A DNA stretch of 64,000 nucleotides from Actinomycetes bacterium. Lineage in GTDB: Bacteria; Actinomycetota; Actinomycetes; S36-B12. The notes below the pieces were generated by a model. It saw only the letters and a list, made by a program, of their open reading frames with translations, made no database searches and was not told where the DNA came from. The first letter of the stretch is position 1; each line of letters begins with the position of its first letter. The stretch lies in NCBI GenBank assembly GCA_965227045.1, contig OZ245718.1, positions 983,528-1,047,527 on the forward strand. Reading direction: 5' to 3'. The translations under genes and the position numbers were made by a program. Positions 27,569-35,535 of the stretch are shown here, in pieces.

Positions 27569-28510
27569 ATGCGAGCAATCGGAATCAACGAGTTCGGCGG
27601 ACCCGAGGTCCTGGAAGTAGTCGAGATCCCCAGCCCGGAGCCGGGTGAGGGCCAGGTTCGAATTCGCGTCCACTCTGCCTGTGTGAACCCCGCGGACGTG
27701 ATGTTCCGCAAGGGACTCCTCGCGGCTCGCCTCGAGGCGTTCTCCGCCCCCTATATCGCGGGAATGGACGCAGCGGGTGTCATCGACGCAGTTGGTCCGG
27801 GCGTAGATGGTCGCCTCGCCGTCGGCGACCGTGTTGCCTGCGTCCCGCTCCCCACAGTCACGGGCGGCAGCTACGCCGACCAGATCCTCGTCCCCGCGGC
27901 CTCTGCGGTGAAGATCCCGGACGCCCTCGACTTCGCTCCCGCGTCCACGCTGCTTATGAACGCACTGACCGCGCGGATCGCCATCGATGCCCTGGGCCTC
28001 GCTGCCGGAGACACGGTCGCCGTCACTGGCGCGGCAGGAGCGCTCGGTGGGTACGTGGTTCAACTCGCCGTCGCCGACGGCCTCACGGTCATCGCCGACG
28101 CCTCACCGAAGGACGAGGAGCTCGTCCGCTCCCTCGGTGCTTCGGTAGTGGTTGCTCGCGGTGATGGCTTCGTCGACGCCGTGCGCGCGGCCTACCCCGA
28201 TGGCGTGAATGGGCTCGTCGACGGCGCGAACCTCACCGACTCGGTCGTCGGCGCGATCGCCGACAACGGCGGATTCACCACGGTCAAGGCGTGGGCCGGT
28301 CCGGTCGACCGCGGTATCGAGCTGCACAGCGTTCTCGTAGCGCGCAGCGCCGAGGACACGGCAGCCATGGAGCAGCTGGTCGCGCAGGCGGAGTCCGGCG
28401 CGCTGACGCTGCGGGTGGCTGATGTCGTTCCGGCAGCGCAGGCTCCCGAGGCTCATCGGCGCATGGAGGCTGGCGGACTGCGCGGGCGGATCGTCCTCGA
28501 CTTCTCCTAG
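27569..28510 (+). CDS. NADPH:quinone oxidoreductase / zinc-type alcohol dehydrogenase superfamily (MDR)
   Basis: MRAIGINEFGGPEVLEVVEIPSPEPGEGQVRIRV... is typical of Qor-like MDR proteins. AVTGAAGALGG is the nucleotide motif. Confidence 0.85.
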   Translation: MRAIGINEFGGPEVLEVVEIPSPEPGEGQVRIRVHSACVNPADVMFRKGLLAARLEAFSAPYIAGMDAAGVIDAVGPGVDGRLAVGDRVACVPLPTVTGGSYADQILVPAASAVKIPDALDFAPASTLLMNALTARIAIDALGLAAGDTVAVTGAAGALGGYVVQLAVADGLTVIADASPKDEELVRSLGASVVVARGDGFVDAVRAAYPDGVNGLVDGANLTDSVVGAIADNGGFTTVKAWAGPVDRGIELHSVLVARSAEDTAAMEQLVAQAESGALTLRVADVVPAAQAPEAHRRMEAGGLRGRIVLDFS

Positions 28511-29427
28511 TCGTCGGGAGCGCGCGAGCGCACCCGGATCAAGCCCTGCGCCAACGCGGCACCACCGAGGATGAGCAACGCGCCCACGGGCTCGTTCCAC
28601 GTCAGGTGCTCGTGCAGGAAGATCACGCCAATGGTGAGGGCGACAGTCGGTACCGCGTAGCTGATCGTGCTCGCGGTGGTCGCGTCGGCCAGGCTCAGCA
28701 GGCGGAAGCTCAGCAGGTATCCGCCGCCACTGCAGGCGCAGCCCAGAATGACGAGCGCGGTGACCGCGGACATCGTGACTGGACCGTTGGTCAGCGGGAA
28801 GAAGAAGGCGAGCGGCAGCCCCTGGATGCTCGCCATGATCAAGGTCCCGGTCGCCAGCGACAGCGGCGACAGGTCGCTCGCGTGCGGCCCGCCGGTGAGG
28901 TGTCGGCGCGAGTACGGGAACGAGCTGGCCCACGCGAAGTTCGCGACGAGGCACATGGCCATTCCCACGAAGGTCGCCCCGCCGATCCCCTCCCAGACGC
29001 CCACGACAACCAGCACACCGACGAATCCCAGGCACAGGCCCACGATGCGCTGCCGTGTCGGCTTCTCTTCGGGGAAGGCCACCAAGATGATGAGAAGCGT
29101 GAACAGCGGGATCGCGCTGGCCAGGATCGAGGTCAGCGAGTAGGAGATCTTGCCGAGCGCACCTGTGAGCAGGAACCACGGGAGCGTCGCGACCACGAAC
29201 GCGTTGATGAACACCGGCCGCCACAACCGCCTTGGCGGCAGCTTCGTCTTCGTGATCAGCGAGACCACGAGCAGGAAGGTCGTGGCGAGGATGAGACGCC
29301 CTGCGGTCACGCCAATGGGCGTGAAGGAGCCGAGCGCGACCTTCGACATCGCGAAGATGGTTCCCCAAGCGAACGCGAGCGCGATGTAGGTCGGCAACCA
29401 GCGCGCGCGGGCCGGAAGCGTGCTCAC
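28507..29427 (-). CDS. EamA/DMT-family transporter (paralog 2 of a tandem pair)
   Basis: 306 aa, 10-TM DMT pattern. The GTG start overlaps the stop of the upstream paralog (GTGA at 29424-29427). Confidence 0.8.
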   Translation of the reverse strand: MSTLPARARWLPTYIALAFAWGTIFAMSKVALGSFTPIGVTAGRLILATTFLLVVSLITKTKLPPRRLWRPVFINAFVVATLPWFLLTGALGKISYSLTSILASAIPLFTLLIILVAFPEEKPTRQRIVGLCLGFVGVLVVVGVWEGIGGATFVGMAMCLVANFAWASSFPYSRRHLTGGPHASDLSPLSLATGTLIMASIQGLPLAFFFPLTNGPVTMSAVTALVILGCACSGGGYLLSFRLLSLADATTASTISYAVPTVALTIGVIFLHEHLTWNEPVGALLILGGAALAQGLIRVRSRAPDD

Positions 29428-30344
29428 GGCCCGGCCACCTTCGGCGACCTCGGCCGAATCAGTCCCTGCGCAAGCGCCGCGCCGAAGAGGATCACGAGTC
29501 CCCCGGCCGGCTGGTTCCACGACAGTTCCTCGCCCAGGAAGATCGTGCCGATGAGAACGGCGATCACGGGGACGGCGTAGGTCACCGTGCTCGCGGTGGT
29601 CGCGTCGGTGATCCGCACGAGATAGAAGTTCAGGGCGTAGCCGATACCGCTGGTCAGACAGCCCACGGCGAGCAGTCCGATGAGAGCGGATGCCACAACC
29701 GGTGCGTGCGTGACTTCCGAGAATGCCAGGGCCGGTGCCGCCTCGATCGCCGCGAACACCAGGAGCGCGGTCGCAAGCGCGATCGGCGGCAGGGTGCTCG
29801 CGTTTGCGCCACCGGCAAGGTGCCTGCGCATGTAAGGAAGGGATGCCGCGAACGAGATGTTCGCGACGAAGCACGCGATGACTCCGACGATGGTGCTAGT
29901 CCCGAGTCCGTTCCAGATACCGACGACGATCAAGACCCCGACCAGCCCGAGCATCAAGCCGGCAATGCGCATCCGGGTCGGGCGTTCCTCTCGGTAGTAC
30001 ACGAGGATCACAAGCAGCGTCATCAGCGGGATCAGGCTGCCGAGGATCGCGGCGAACGATGACGAGATATGCGTCTGCGCGAACGCAAGGACGATCCACG
30101 GGACCGCTGCAGCGAGGAACGCCGTCACGGCGAGCCGGCCCCACAAGGCTCGAGGTGGAAAGCGCGTGCGTGTCACTGCCGACAGCACGAGCATGGTGAA
30201 GGCACCGAGAATCATGCGGCCCACGCCGATTCCGACAGGAGTGAACGAGACCAGCCCCATCTTGACGAACGCAAAGGCTCCGCCCCACAGGAGCGCAAGT
30301 GTCAGCAGGATCGGCACCCAGCGCGAGGCTGGGGTGTCGGTCAT
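29424..30344 (-). CDS. EamA/DMT-family transporter (paralog 1)
   Basis: 306 aa. It is colinear with the downstream paralog, at roughly 45-50% identity by eye. Confidence 0.8.
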   Translation of the reverse strand: MTDTPASRWVPILLTLALLWGGAFAFVKMGLVSFTPVGIGVGRMILGAFTMLVLSAVTRTRFPPRALWGRLAVTAFLAAAVPWIVLAFAQTHISSSFAAILGSLIPLMTLLVILVYYREERPTRMRIAGLMLGLVGVLIVVGIWNGLGTSTIVGVIACFVANISFAASLPYMRRHLAGGANASTLPPIALATALLVFAAIEAAPALAFSEVTHAPVVASALIGLLAVGCLTSGIGYALNFYLVRITDATTASTVTYAVPVIAVLIGTIFLGEELSWNQPAGGLVILFGAALAQGLIRPRSPKVAGP

Positions 30345-30389
30345 TAGCCATGTGTAGCACTTTTGGCCCGCCGGGGAGGGCCAAACCGC

Positions 30390-31799
30390 CTACCCCGAGT
30401 GCGCGAGAGCGAAGGCGTTGTGGGCCGCGATGACCGGAGCCATGTCGACTGTCACGACCTCGCCGTCCACCACGACCACCCGCCCGTTGATGACCGTGTA
30501 CTTGGCCCGCTGCGGTGCGCAGAACACCGTCGCCGCCACCGGATCGGTGAGTGCACCCGCGTAGGCCAGGTTGTTCAGGTCGATGCTGAAGAAGTCTGCG
30601 CACATCCCGGGCGCCAGGTGGCCGATGTCGTCACGGCCCAGCACTGCCGCTCCGCCGCGAGTGCCCAACTCCAGGGCCTGGCGCGCGGTCATCCACTCCG
30701 CGGCACGCAACGGGTCGGATGTCGACAGCGTTGTCTCGGGTCCCTCGGGCGGCAGCAGTCCCATTCTCAGTCTGGCCAGCAGCATCGCCTGCCGCACCTC
30801 GCCGAGCATTTGATTGCCGTCATTGCTGGCCGAGCCGTCGACGCCGATCCCGACCTTGACGCCGGCATCCATGTACTTCTTCACCGGCGCGATCCCCGAC
30901 GCCAGTCGCATGTTCGACGATGGGCAGTGCGCAACACCCGTCCCAGTCGCCGCAAACTGCGCGATCTCCAGGTCGTTGACGTGGACGCCGTGGCCGAACC
31001 ACACGTCATTGCCAAGCCAGTCGACGGACTCCATGAACCCGACCGGCCGCACGCCGTGGGTCCGCAGCGTGTACATCTCCTCGTCGATCGTCTCGCACAG
31101 GTGCGTGTGCAGGCCGACGCCGGCATACGCTCGGGCGATCCGGGCAGACTCACGCATGAGTTCGGGGCTGACGGAGAACGGCGAGCAGGGGCCGAGCGAA
31201 ACGGTGAGCATCGACCCGCGTGACGGGTCGTGATACTCCGCGATGACGCGCTCCGAGTCGGCAAGGATGACGTCCTCGTCCTCCACGCAGTGATCCGGCG
31301 GCAGGCCTCCGCGCGACTCCCCCAGCGACATCGAGCCCCGGCACGCGACAAAGCGCGCACCGATCTCCGCCGCAGCAGCGATCTGATCGTCCACTCGGCA
31401 CCCGTTCTGGAACACGTACGAGTGGTCGAACACCGTCGTGCAGCCGCTGGCCGCAAGCTCCGCGAGGCCGACGAGCGAGCTCAGTCGGGTCGCCTCAGGT
31501 GTCCGCTGCGCCCAGATCTCGTAGTGGGCCTGCAGCCACGGAAACAGGTTGGTGTTCTGCCCCTGCGGCAGGTTGCGGGTCAACGTCTGGTCCAGGTGGT
31601 GGTGCGTGTTCACCAGGCCGGGCAGCACAACCTGGCCCGAGAGGTCGAGCACCGTGTCCGCGGTCGATGGCAGGTCCGAGCTAGGGCCGACCTGCTCGAT
31701 GATGCCGTCGCGCGCGAACAGACCGCCGCCGGCGATCTCGCGGCGCTCACCGTCCATCGTCACGAGAATCGTCGCGTTGCGTGCGAGCAGAGTCGCCAC
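30390..31799 (-). CDS. 8-oxoguanine deaminase-like amidohydrolase
   Basis: 469 aa from GTG 31799, with AGGAGG upstream. Motifs seen: PGLVNTHHHLDQTLTR, GSMSLGESRGGLPPD, LGPCSPFSVSPELM, and CPSSNMRLASGI. It closely resembles my memory of Pseudomonas 8-oxoguanine deaminase. Confidence 0.75.
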   Translation of the reverse strand: MATLLARNATILVTMDGERREIAGGGLFARDGIIEQVGPSSDLPSTADTVLDLSGQVVLPGLVNTHHHLDQTLTRNLPQGQNTNLFPWLQAHYEIWAQRTPEATRLSSLVGLAELAASGCTTVFDHSYVFQNGCRVDDQIAAAAEIGARFVACRGSMSLGESRGGLPPDHCVEDEDVILADSERVIAEYHDPSRGSMLTVSLGPCSPFSVSPELMRESARIARAYAGVGLHTHLCETIDEEMYTLRTHGVRPVGFMESVDWLGNDVWFGHGVHVNDLEIAQFAATGTGVAHCPSSNMRLASGIAPVKKYMDAGVKVGIGVDGSASNDGNQMLGEVRQAMLLARLRMGLLPPEGPETTLSTSDPLRAAEWMTARQALELGTRGGAAVLGRDDIGHLAPGMCADFFSIDLNNLAYAGALTDPVAATVFCAPQRAKYTVINGRVVVVDGEVVTVDMAPVIAAHNAFALAHSG

Positions 31800-31858
31800 G
31801 GAACCTCCTGGAATGGTGCCTCCGGAGACGATAGCGGGGTCTCTGGGCGCGACCGCGC

Positions 31859-32389
31859 CTAAGTCGCTACGGAGGCGACGACGAAGGCGAGCAGAACGAC
31901 CGCCACGAAGAGGTCCGTGATCGTCGCGAGGAACTCCTTGCCATTCTTTCCCGGCTTTGCGATGTGGCGGAGTCCCGCGAGTCCGAGGAACACGATCGCG
32001 GGAATAGAGGCAGGGATCGCCCAGTCCGAGACCCAAGGGGCGATCAGGGCAACCGCGCCCATGCCCAGGTTGGCAAAGCCGAGTTCCTGCACGACCTGGA
32101 GGGCGGCCGGCGACGTGGTCCCGCCGAGGATGTTGTTGGCCGTGAACTGCGGCTTGAACAACTGCGAGATGCCGGCAACGAAGAGGCGCATGCCGACTCC
32201 CCAGAACAAGAACCATTTGCCGATCGTGAACCACACATCGGCGTCTCCGCCGGACGCGATCAGCTCGATGACGATGGACACGATCGGGAGCACGACCATG
32301 AACCCGATGAGCATTACTACGTACATGCGCGCACGGTATTGGCTGTCAGCACCGGAGTCACGAATCCACTCCGGCGAGAGGAGTGTCAA
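31859..32389 (-). CDS. Hypothetical integral membrane protein
   Basis: 176-aa ORF with ~5 hydrophobic helices. I recognise no family. The start is uncertain; an internal Met (MYVVMLIG) is possible. Confidence 0.5.
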   Translation of the reverse strand: MTLLSPEWIRDSGADSQYRARMYVVMLIGFMVVLPIVSIVIELIASGGDADVWFTIGKWFLFWGVGMRLFVAGISQLFKPQFTANNILGGTTSPAALQVVQELGFANLGMGAVALIAPWVSDWAIPASIPAIVFLGLAGLRHIAKPGKNGKEFLATITDLFVAVVLLAFVVASVAT

Positions 32390-32415
32390 GGATCAAGCAA
32401 AACAAAACATGATGC

Positions 32416-32492
32416 TGGTGGGGCGGGTCGGGCTCGAACCGACGACGACCAGATTATGAGTCCGGGGCTCTAACCAGCTGAGCTACCGCCCC
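32416..32492 (-). tRNA. tRNA-Met, elongator type (anticodon CAT; tRNA-Ile2 cannot be excluded)
   Basis: 77 nt including encoded CCA. Acceptor GGGGCGG/CCGCCCC, anticodon loop CTCATAA, T arm GTCGG-TTCGAGC-CCGAC. It lacks the initiator features. Confidence 0.85.
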
Positions 32493-32594
32493 TAGCGGTA
32501 CGGCGAGAGCGTACCTAGTCAGCAATTCGCGACGACCTCGACGTACCCCGAGCAGCGTGTCGAAAAGCCACACCCCGGACGAGCGCGCTGTCGA

Positions 32595-33386
32595 TCAAGC
32601 GATGTAGTACATCGGGTTAGGAAGGCGGAAGCCGCGAACAAGGAACCCGCCAGTCGAGTCACTCAACTGATCTCCGATTGAGGTGACGATCCGGTATCCC
32701 CGCTGCTCTATCGCTCCTCGCGCCTGCGACTTGAACTGCTCGGCGGTCATCGTCTCCTGATCGGGTGCGCGGAGGACCAGCCCGGCCCACCCGGAGATGC
32801 CCCGCCTGTTCAAGCACGATGCTGTGTAGGAGCGCGCGTCCTGGCCGCGACCGGAGATGAGGAAGACCGGAATTCCATGCCGCTGCGCATAGTGCAGGAA
32901 GGAGCGAACGGGGGCGATCGCTGGTGTCAGGCAGTTGACGACGGCGTCGTCGATCAGCTCGGGCACCGCAATGAAGTTCGTGGACGCGTACGTCGGGTAC
33001 CAGTCGACGAGCGTGTCGTCGATATCGAAGACGACGGCCGACTTCTTGTGGCCGCAGCGAGTCATGGACTGGCAATTGTCGTGGAGCCAGGAACGAAGGA
33101 AGGCCTGGGCGGCCCTGGCGACGGCCCGTTGGTCCCCCTGATACCTGCCCGAGTCTCGGTATGCGGTGATCACCGGCGCCAGTTCCGGGCCGGCCTCGTA
33201 GTCCTCCGTCGGCGAGAGCGGAGGAAGCCCCTGGTTCACGCCGAAGATGACGGAGGGCTGCCCGACGATGACTATCGGTACGACAGGATCCGGCGCGGCC
33301 GCAGCCGACGGCGCTAGGCCAACCGCGAGGGACGCCACGACCGCACTGGTGACCAGCCGCGTCCGGCCACGAATCTTCTCGAGCAC
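32595..33386 (-). CDS. Secreted HAD-superfamily acid phosphatase (class B / plant-type)
   Basis: Signal peptide. The DxDxT motif (VFDIDDTLVDW) is present, with LISGR and a later IGDQLSD motif. Confidence 0.75.
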   Translation of the reverse strand: MLEKIRGRTRLVTSAVVASLAVGLAPSAAAAPDPVVPIVIVGQPSVIFGVNQGLPPLSPTEDYEAGPELAPVITAYRDSGRYQGDQRAVARAAQAFLRSWLHDNCQSMTRCGHKKSAVVFDIDDTLVDWYPTYASTNFIAVPELIDDAVVNCLTPAIAPVRSFLHYAQRHGIPVFLISGRGQDARSYTASCLNRRGISGWAGLVLRAPDQETMTAEQFKSQARGAIEQRGYRIVTSIGDQLSDSTGGFLVRGFRLPNPMYYIA

Positions 33387-33422
33387 GTCGGCAATATAGA
33401 TGACGCCACGTAATACTCAGGC

Positions 33423-34595
33423 ATGACTGACTCCTCCGTTCCACGAGACCGGTCCGACGACTACACGGAGGCGAACGCCGCACGACGCCGCGAGTTCGCA
33501 CTCGAGGTCACCGGGACCGACCTACGACACGTCGGCTCCTACTCGATCGATCCAGCAACCCTCCCCGGCAACATCGAGAACTTCACCGGGGTCGCGCAGG
33601 TGCCGATCGGCCTGGCTGGTCCGCTTCGGATCAACGGCGAGCATGCGAATGGCGACTTCTACATCCCGATGGCCACGACGGAAGGCACGCTCGTCGCTAG
33701 CTACAACCGCGGTATGCGCGTCCTGTCGGCAGCGGGCGGCGTGCGGGCGACCGTCGTCGACGACCGCATGCAGCGCGCTCCGGTGTTCATCTTCGACAAC
33801 GCCCTCGAAGCGCGGGACTTCGGCGACTGGGTGCGGACTCACGCAGGGGAGATCGCCGCCGCGGCAGGGACGACCACGAGCATCGGCAAGCTCATCGAGA
33901 TCGAGCAGTATGCGGTCGGTCCACTTCTCTACCTCCGATTCGACTACACGACGGGCGACGCGGCGGGCCAGAACATGGTCGGCAAGGCAACCCTCGCCGC
34001 ATGCGAGTGGATCGTGGCGAACCATCCCGCAGCGCCGCGTTACCTCCTGTCCGGAGGCATCGACACGGACAAGAAGCATTCGGCGATCAACGTCCTGCAG
34101 ACACGCGGCAAGCGAGTCATCGCCGAGGCCACGATCCCGGCCGACCTTCTGCGCACGGTGATGGGCGTCGAACCCCAGACTCTCTTCTGGGCGCGGCAGG
34201 TGAGCCAGACGGGGGCCTTCCTCGCGCGCTCGTCGAACAACGGAGCGCACGCGGCGAACGGGCTGGCGGCCCTGTTCATCGCGACGGGTCAGGACGTCGC
34301 GAACGTCGCCGAGTCGCACGCGGGAATCGTCTACACGCAGCTGCTCGACTCAGGCGACTACTACTGGTCCATCACGCTGCCCGCGCTGATCGTCGCGACA
34401 GTGGGTGGCGGAACGGGCCTGGCAACCCAGCGAGAATGCCTGGAACTGCTCGGCTGCTCAGGGCCGGGCAACGTACGCAAGCTCGCCGAGATCTGTGCGG
34501 CGACGGTGCTCGCCGGCGAGATCTCACTGAGCAGCGCCATGCTGGCCGGCGACTGGGTGTCCAGCCACGAGCGGCTGGGCCGCAACCGCGGCTAG
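33423..34595 (+). CDS. Class I hydroxymethylglutaryl-CoA reductase, soluble catalytic domain only
   Basis: 390 aa. Motifs seen: ENFTGVAQVPIGLAGPL, ATTEGTLVAS, GDAAGQNMV (DAMGxN type), and VATVGGGTG. Confidence 0.85.
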   Translation: MTDSSVPRDRSDDYTEANAARRREFALEVTGTDLRHVGSYSIDPATLPGNIENFTGVAQVPIGLAGPLRINGEHANGDFYIPMATTEGTLVASYNRGMRVLSAAGGVRATVVDDRMQRAPVFIFDNALEARDFGDWVRTHAGEIAAAAGTTTSIGKLIEIEQYAVGPLLYLRFDYTTGDAAGQNMVGKATLAACEWIVANHPAAPRYLLSGGIDTDKKHSAINVLQTRGKRVIAEATIPADLLRTVMGVEPQTLFWARQVSQTGAFLARSSNNGAHAANGLAALFIATGQDVANVAESHAGIVYTQLLDSGDYYWSITLPALIVATVGGGTGLATQRECLELLGCSGPGNVRKLAEICAATVLAGEISLSSAMLAGDWVSSHERLGRNRG

Positions 34596-35026
34596 GCCGG
34601 GACGGGCCTGAGCGTCATTACGGCCGCGCGGATCGACTCCGGGATCGGCACTGGCCGCCGCGTCTCGCGGTCGACATAGACATGCACGAACTTGCCGATG
34701 GCGACCGGGCTCGCCTCGCGCTCGCCGAAGAGCACCAGGTAGTAGGTCACGCTGCGCTCGCCGAGTCGTTCGCACGCAATGCCAACCGTGATCGACTCCG
34801 GGAAGTGCAGTTCGCCGACGTAGCGGCAGCCCGTCTCCGCGACCACTCCTAGCGCCGGCAGATCGCGGACGTTGCCCGCTGCCTCGATGAGCCAGCCGTT
34901 CACCGCGGTGTCGAAGAGTTGGTAGTGGACCGCGTTGTTGACGTGGCCGTAGACATCCTCGTCGGCCCATCGTGTTGGAACCGTGCGCAGGACGGCGAAG
35001 TCGGACGGACGAAGGTGAGCGGTCAC
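34592..35026 (-). CDS. Hotdog-fold acyl-CoA thioesterase (4HBT family)
   Basis: 144 aa. VPTRWADEDVYGHVNNAVHYQLFD is typical of the YbgC/4HBT family. The GTG start overlaps the cupin stop (GTGA). Confidence 0.75.
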   Translation of the reverse strand: MTAHLRPSDFAVLRTVPTRWADEDVYGHVNNAVHYQLFDTAVNGWLIEAAGNVRDLPALGVVAETGCRYVGELHFPESITVGIACERLGERSVTYYLVLFGEREASPVAIGKFVHVYVDRETRRPVPIPESIRAAVMTLRPVPA

Positions 35027-35535
35027 GGCGCTGCCGTGAACTCGGCTATGAGCGACGAAGCCGCAGGGAACCGCTGCGTGAGCTCGATCGAGTCGCCGAT
35101 GACGACATCGACCGGATCGACCCCCGGCCACTCGGTGCTCGCACCGAGGAACCACTCCCCGCTGCGGACCCGGGCGGTGTGGAAGGTGCTCCCGGGGATG
35201 AGAAGTTGCAGATGCTCTCCACTCGCCACGTCCTCGCCCATCGTCTCGACGGAGTGCGACCCGTCCGGATGCAGCAGCAGGATCTCGAGCGGATCGCCGA
35301 GATAGCGGTGATACAGCTGGTCGTTGCGGATGCAGTGCAGGCGGACGGGCCGCTCAGGGGTCACCATGAAGTAGAGCGCCGAGCCAAGAGGTCGGCCGTC
35401 GGCAAACGGCTCGGCAAGTCCGCCGGGTGCGATCACCCGGCTGTCGACGAAACTCAGGTTGACGTAGCCGCAGGTGGGATGCGGTTCGAGGTTGAGCAGC
35501 GTGCGCAACTCCTCGGGCGACGACGTCTGGGTCAC
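35023..35535 (-). CDS. Cupin-fold protein (DUF985-like)
   Basis: 170 aa. LNLEPHPTCGYVNLSF...SALYFMV...HCIRNDQLYH resembles the DUF985 cupins. The GTG start overlaps the S53 stop (GTGA). Confidence 0.7.
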   Translation of the reverse strand: MTQTSSPEELRTLLNLEPHPTCGYVNLSFVDSRVIAPGGLAEPFADGRPLGSALYFMVTPERPVRLHCIRNDQLYHRYLGDPLEILLLHPDGSHSVETMGEDVASGEHLQLLIPGSTFHTARVRSGEWFLGASTEWPGVDPVDVVIGDSIELTQRFPAASSLIAEFTAAP

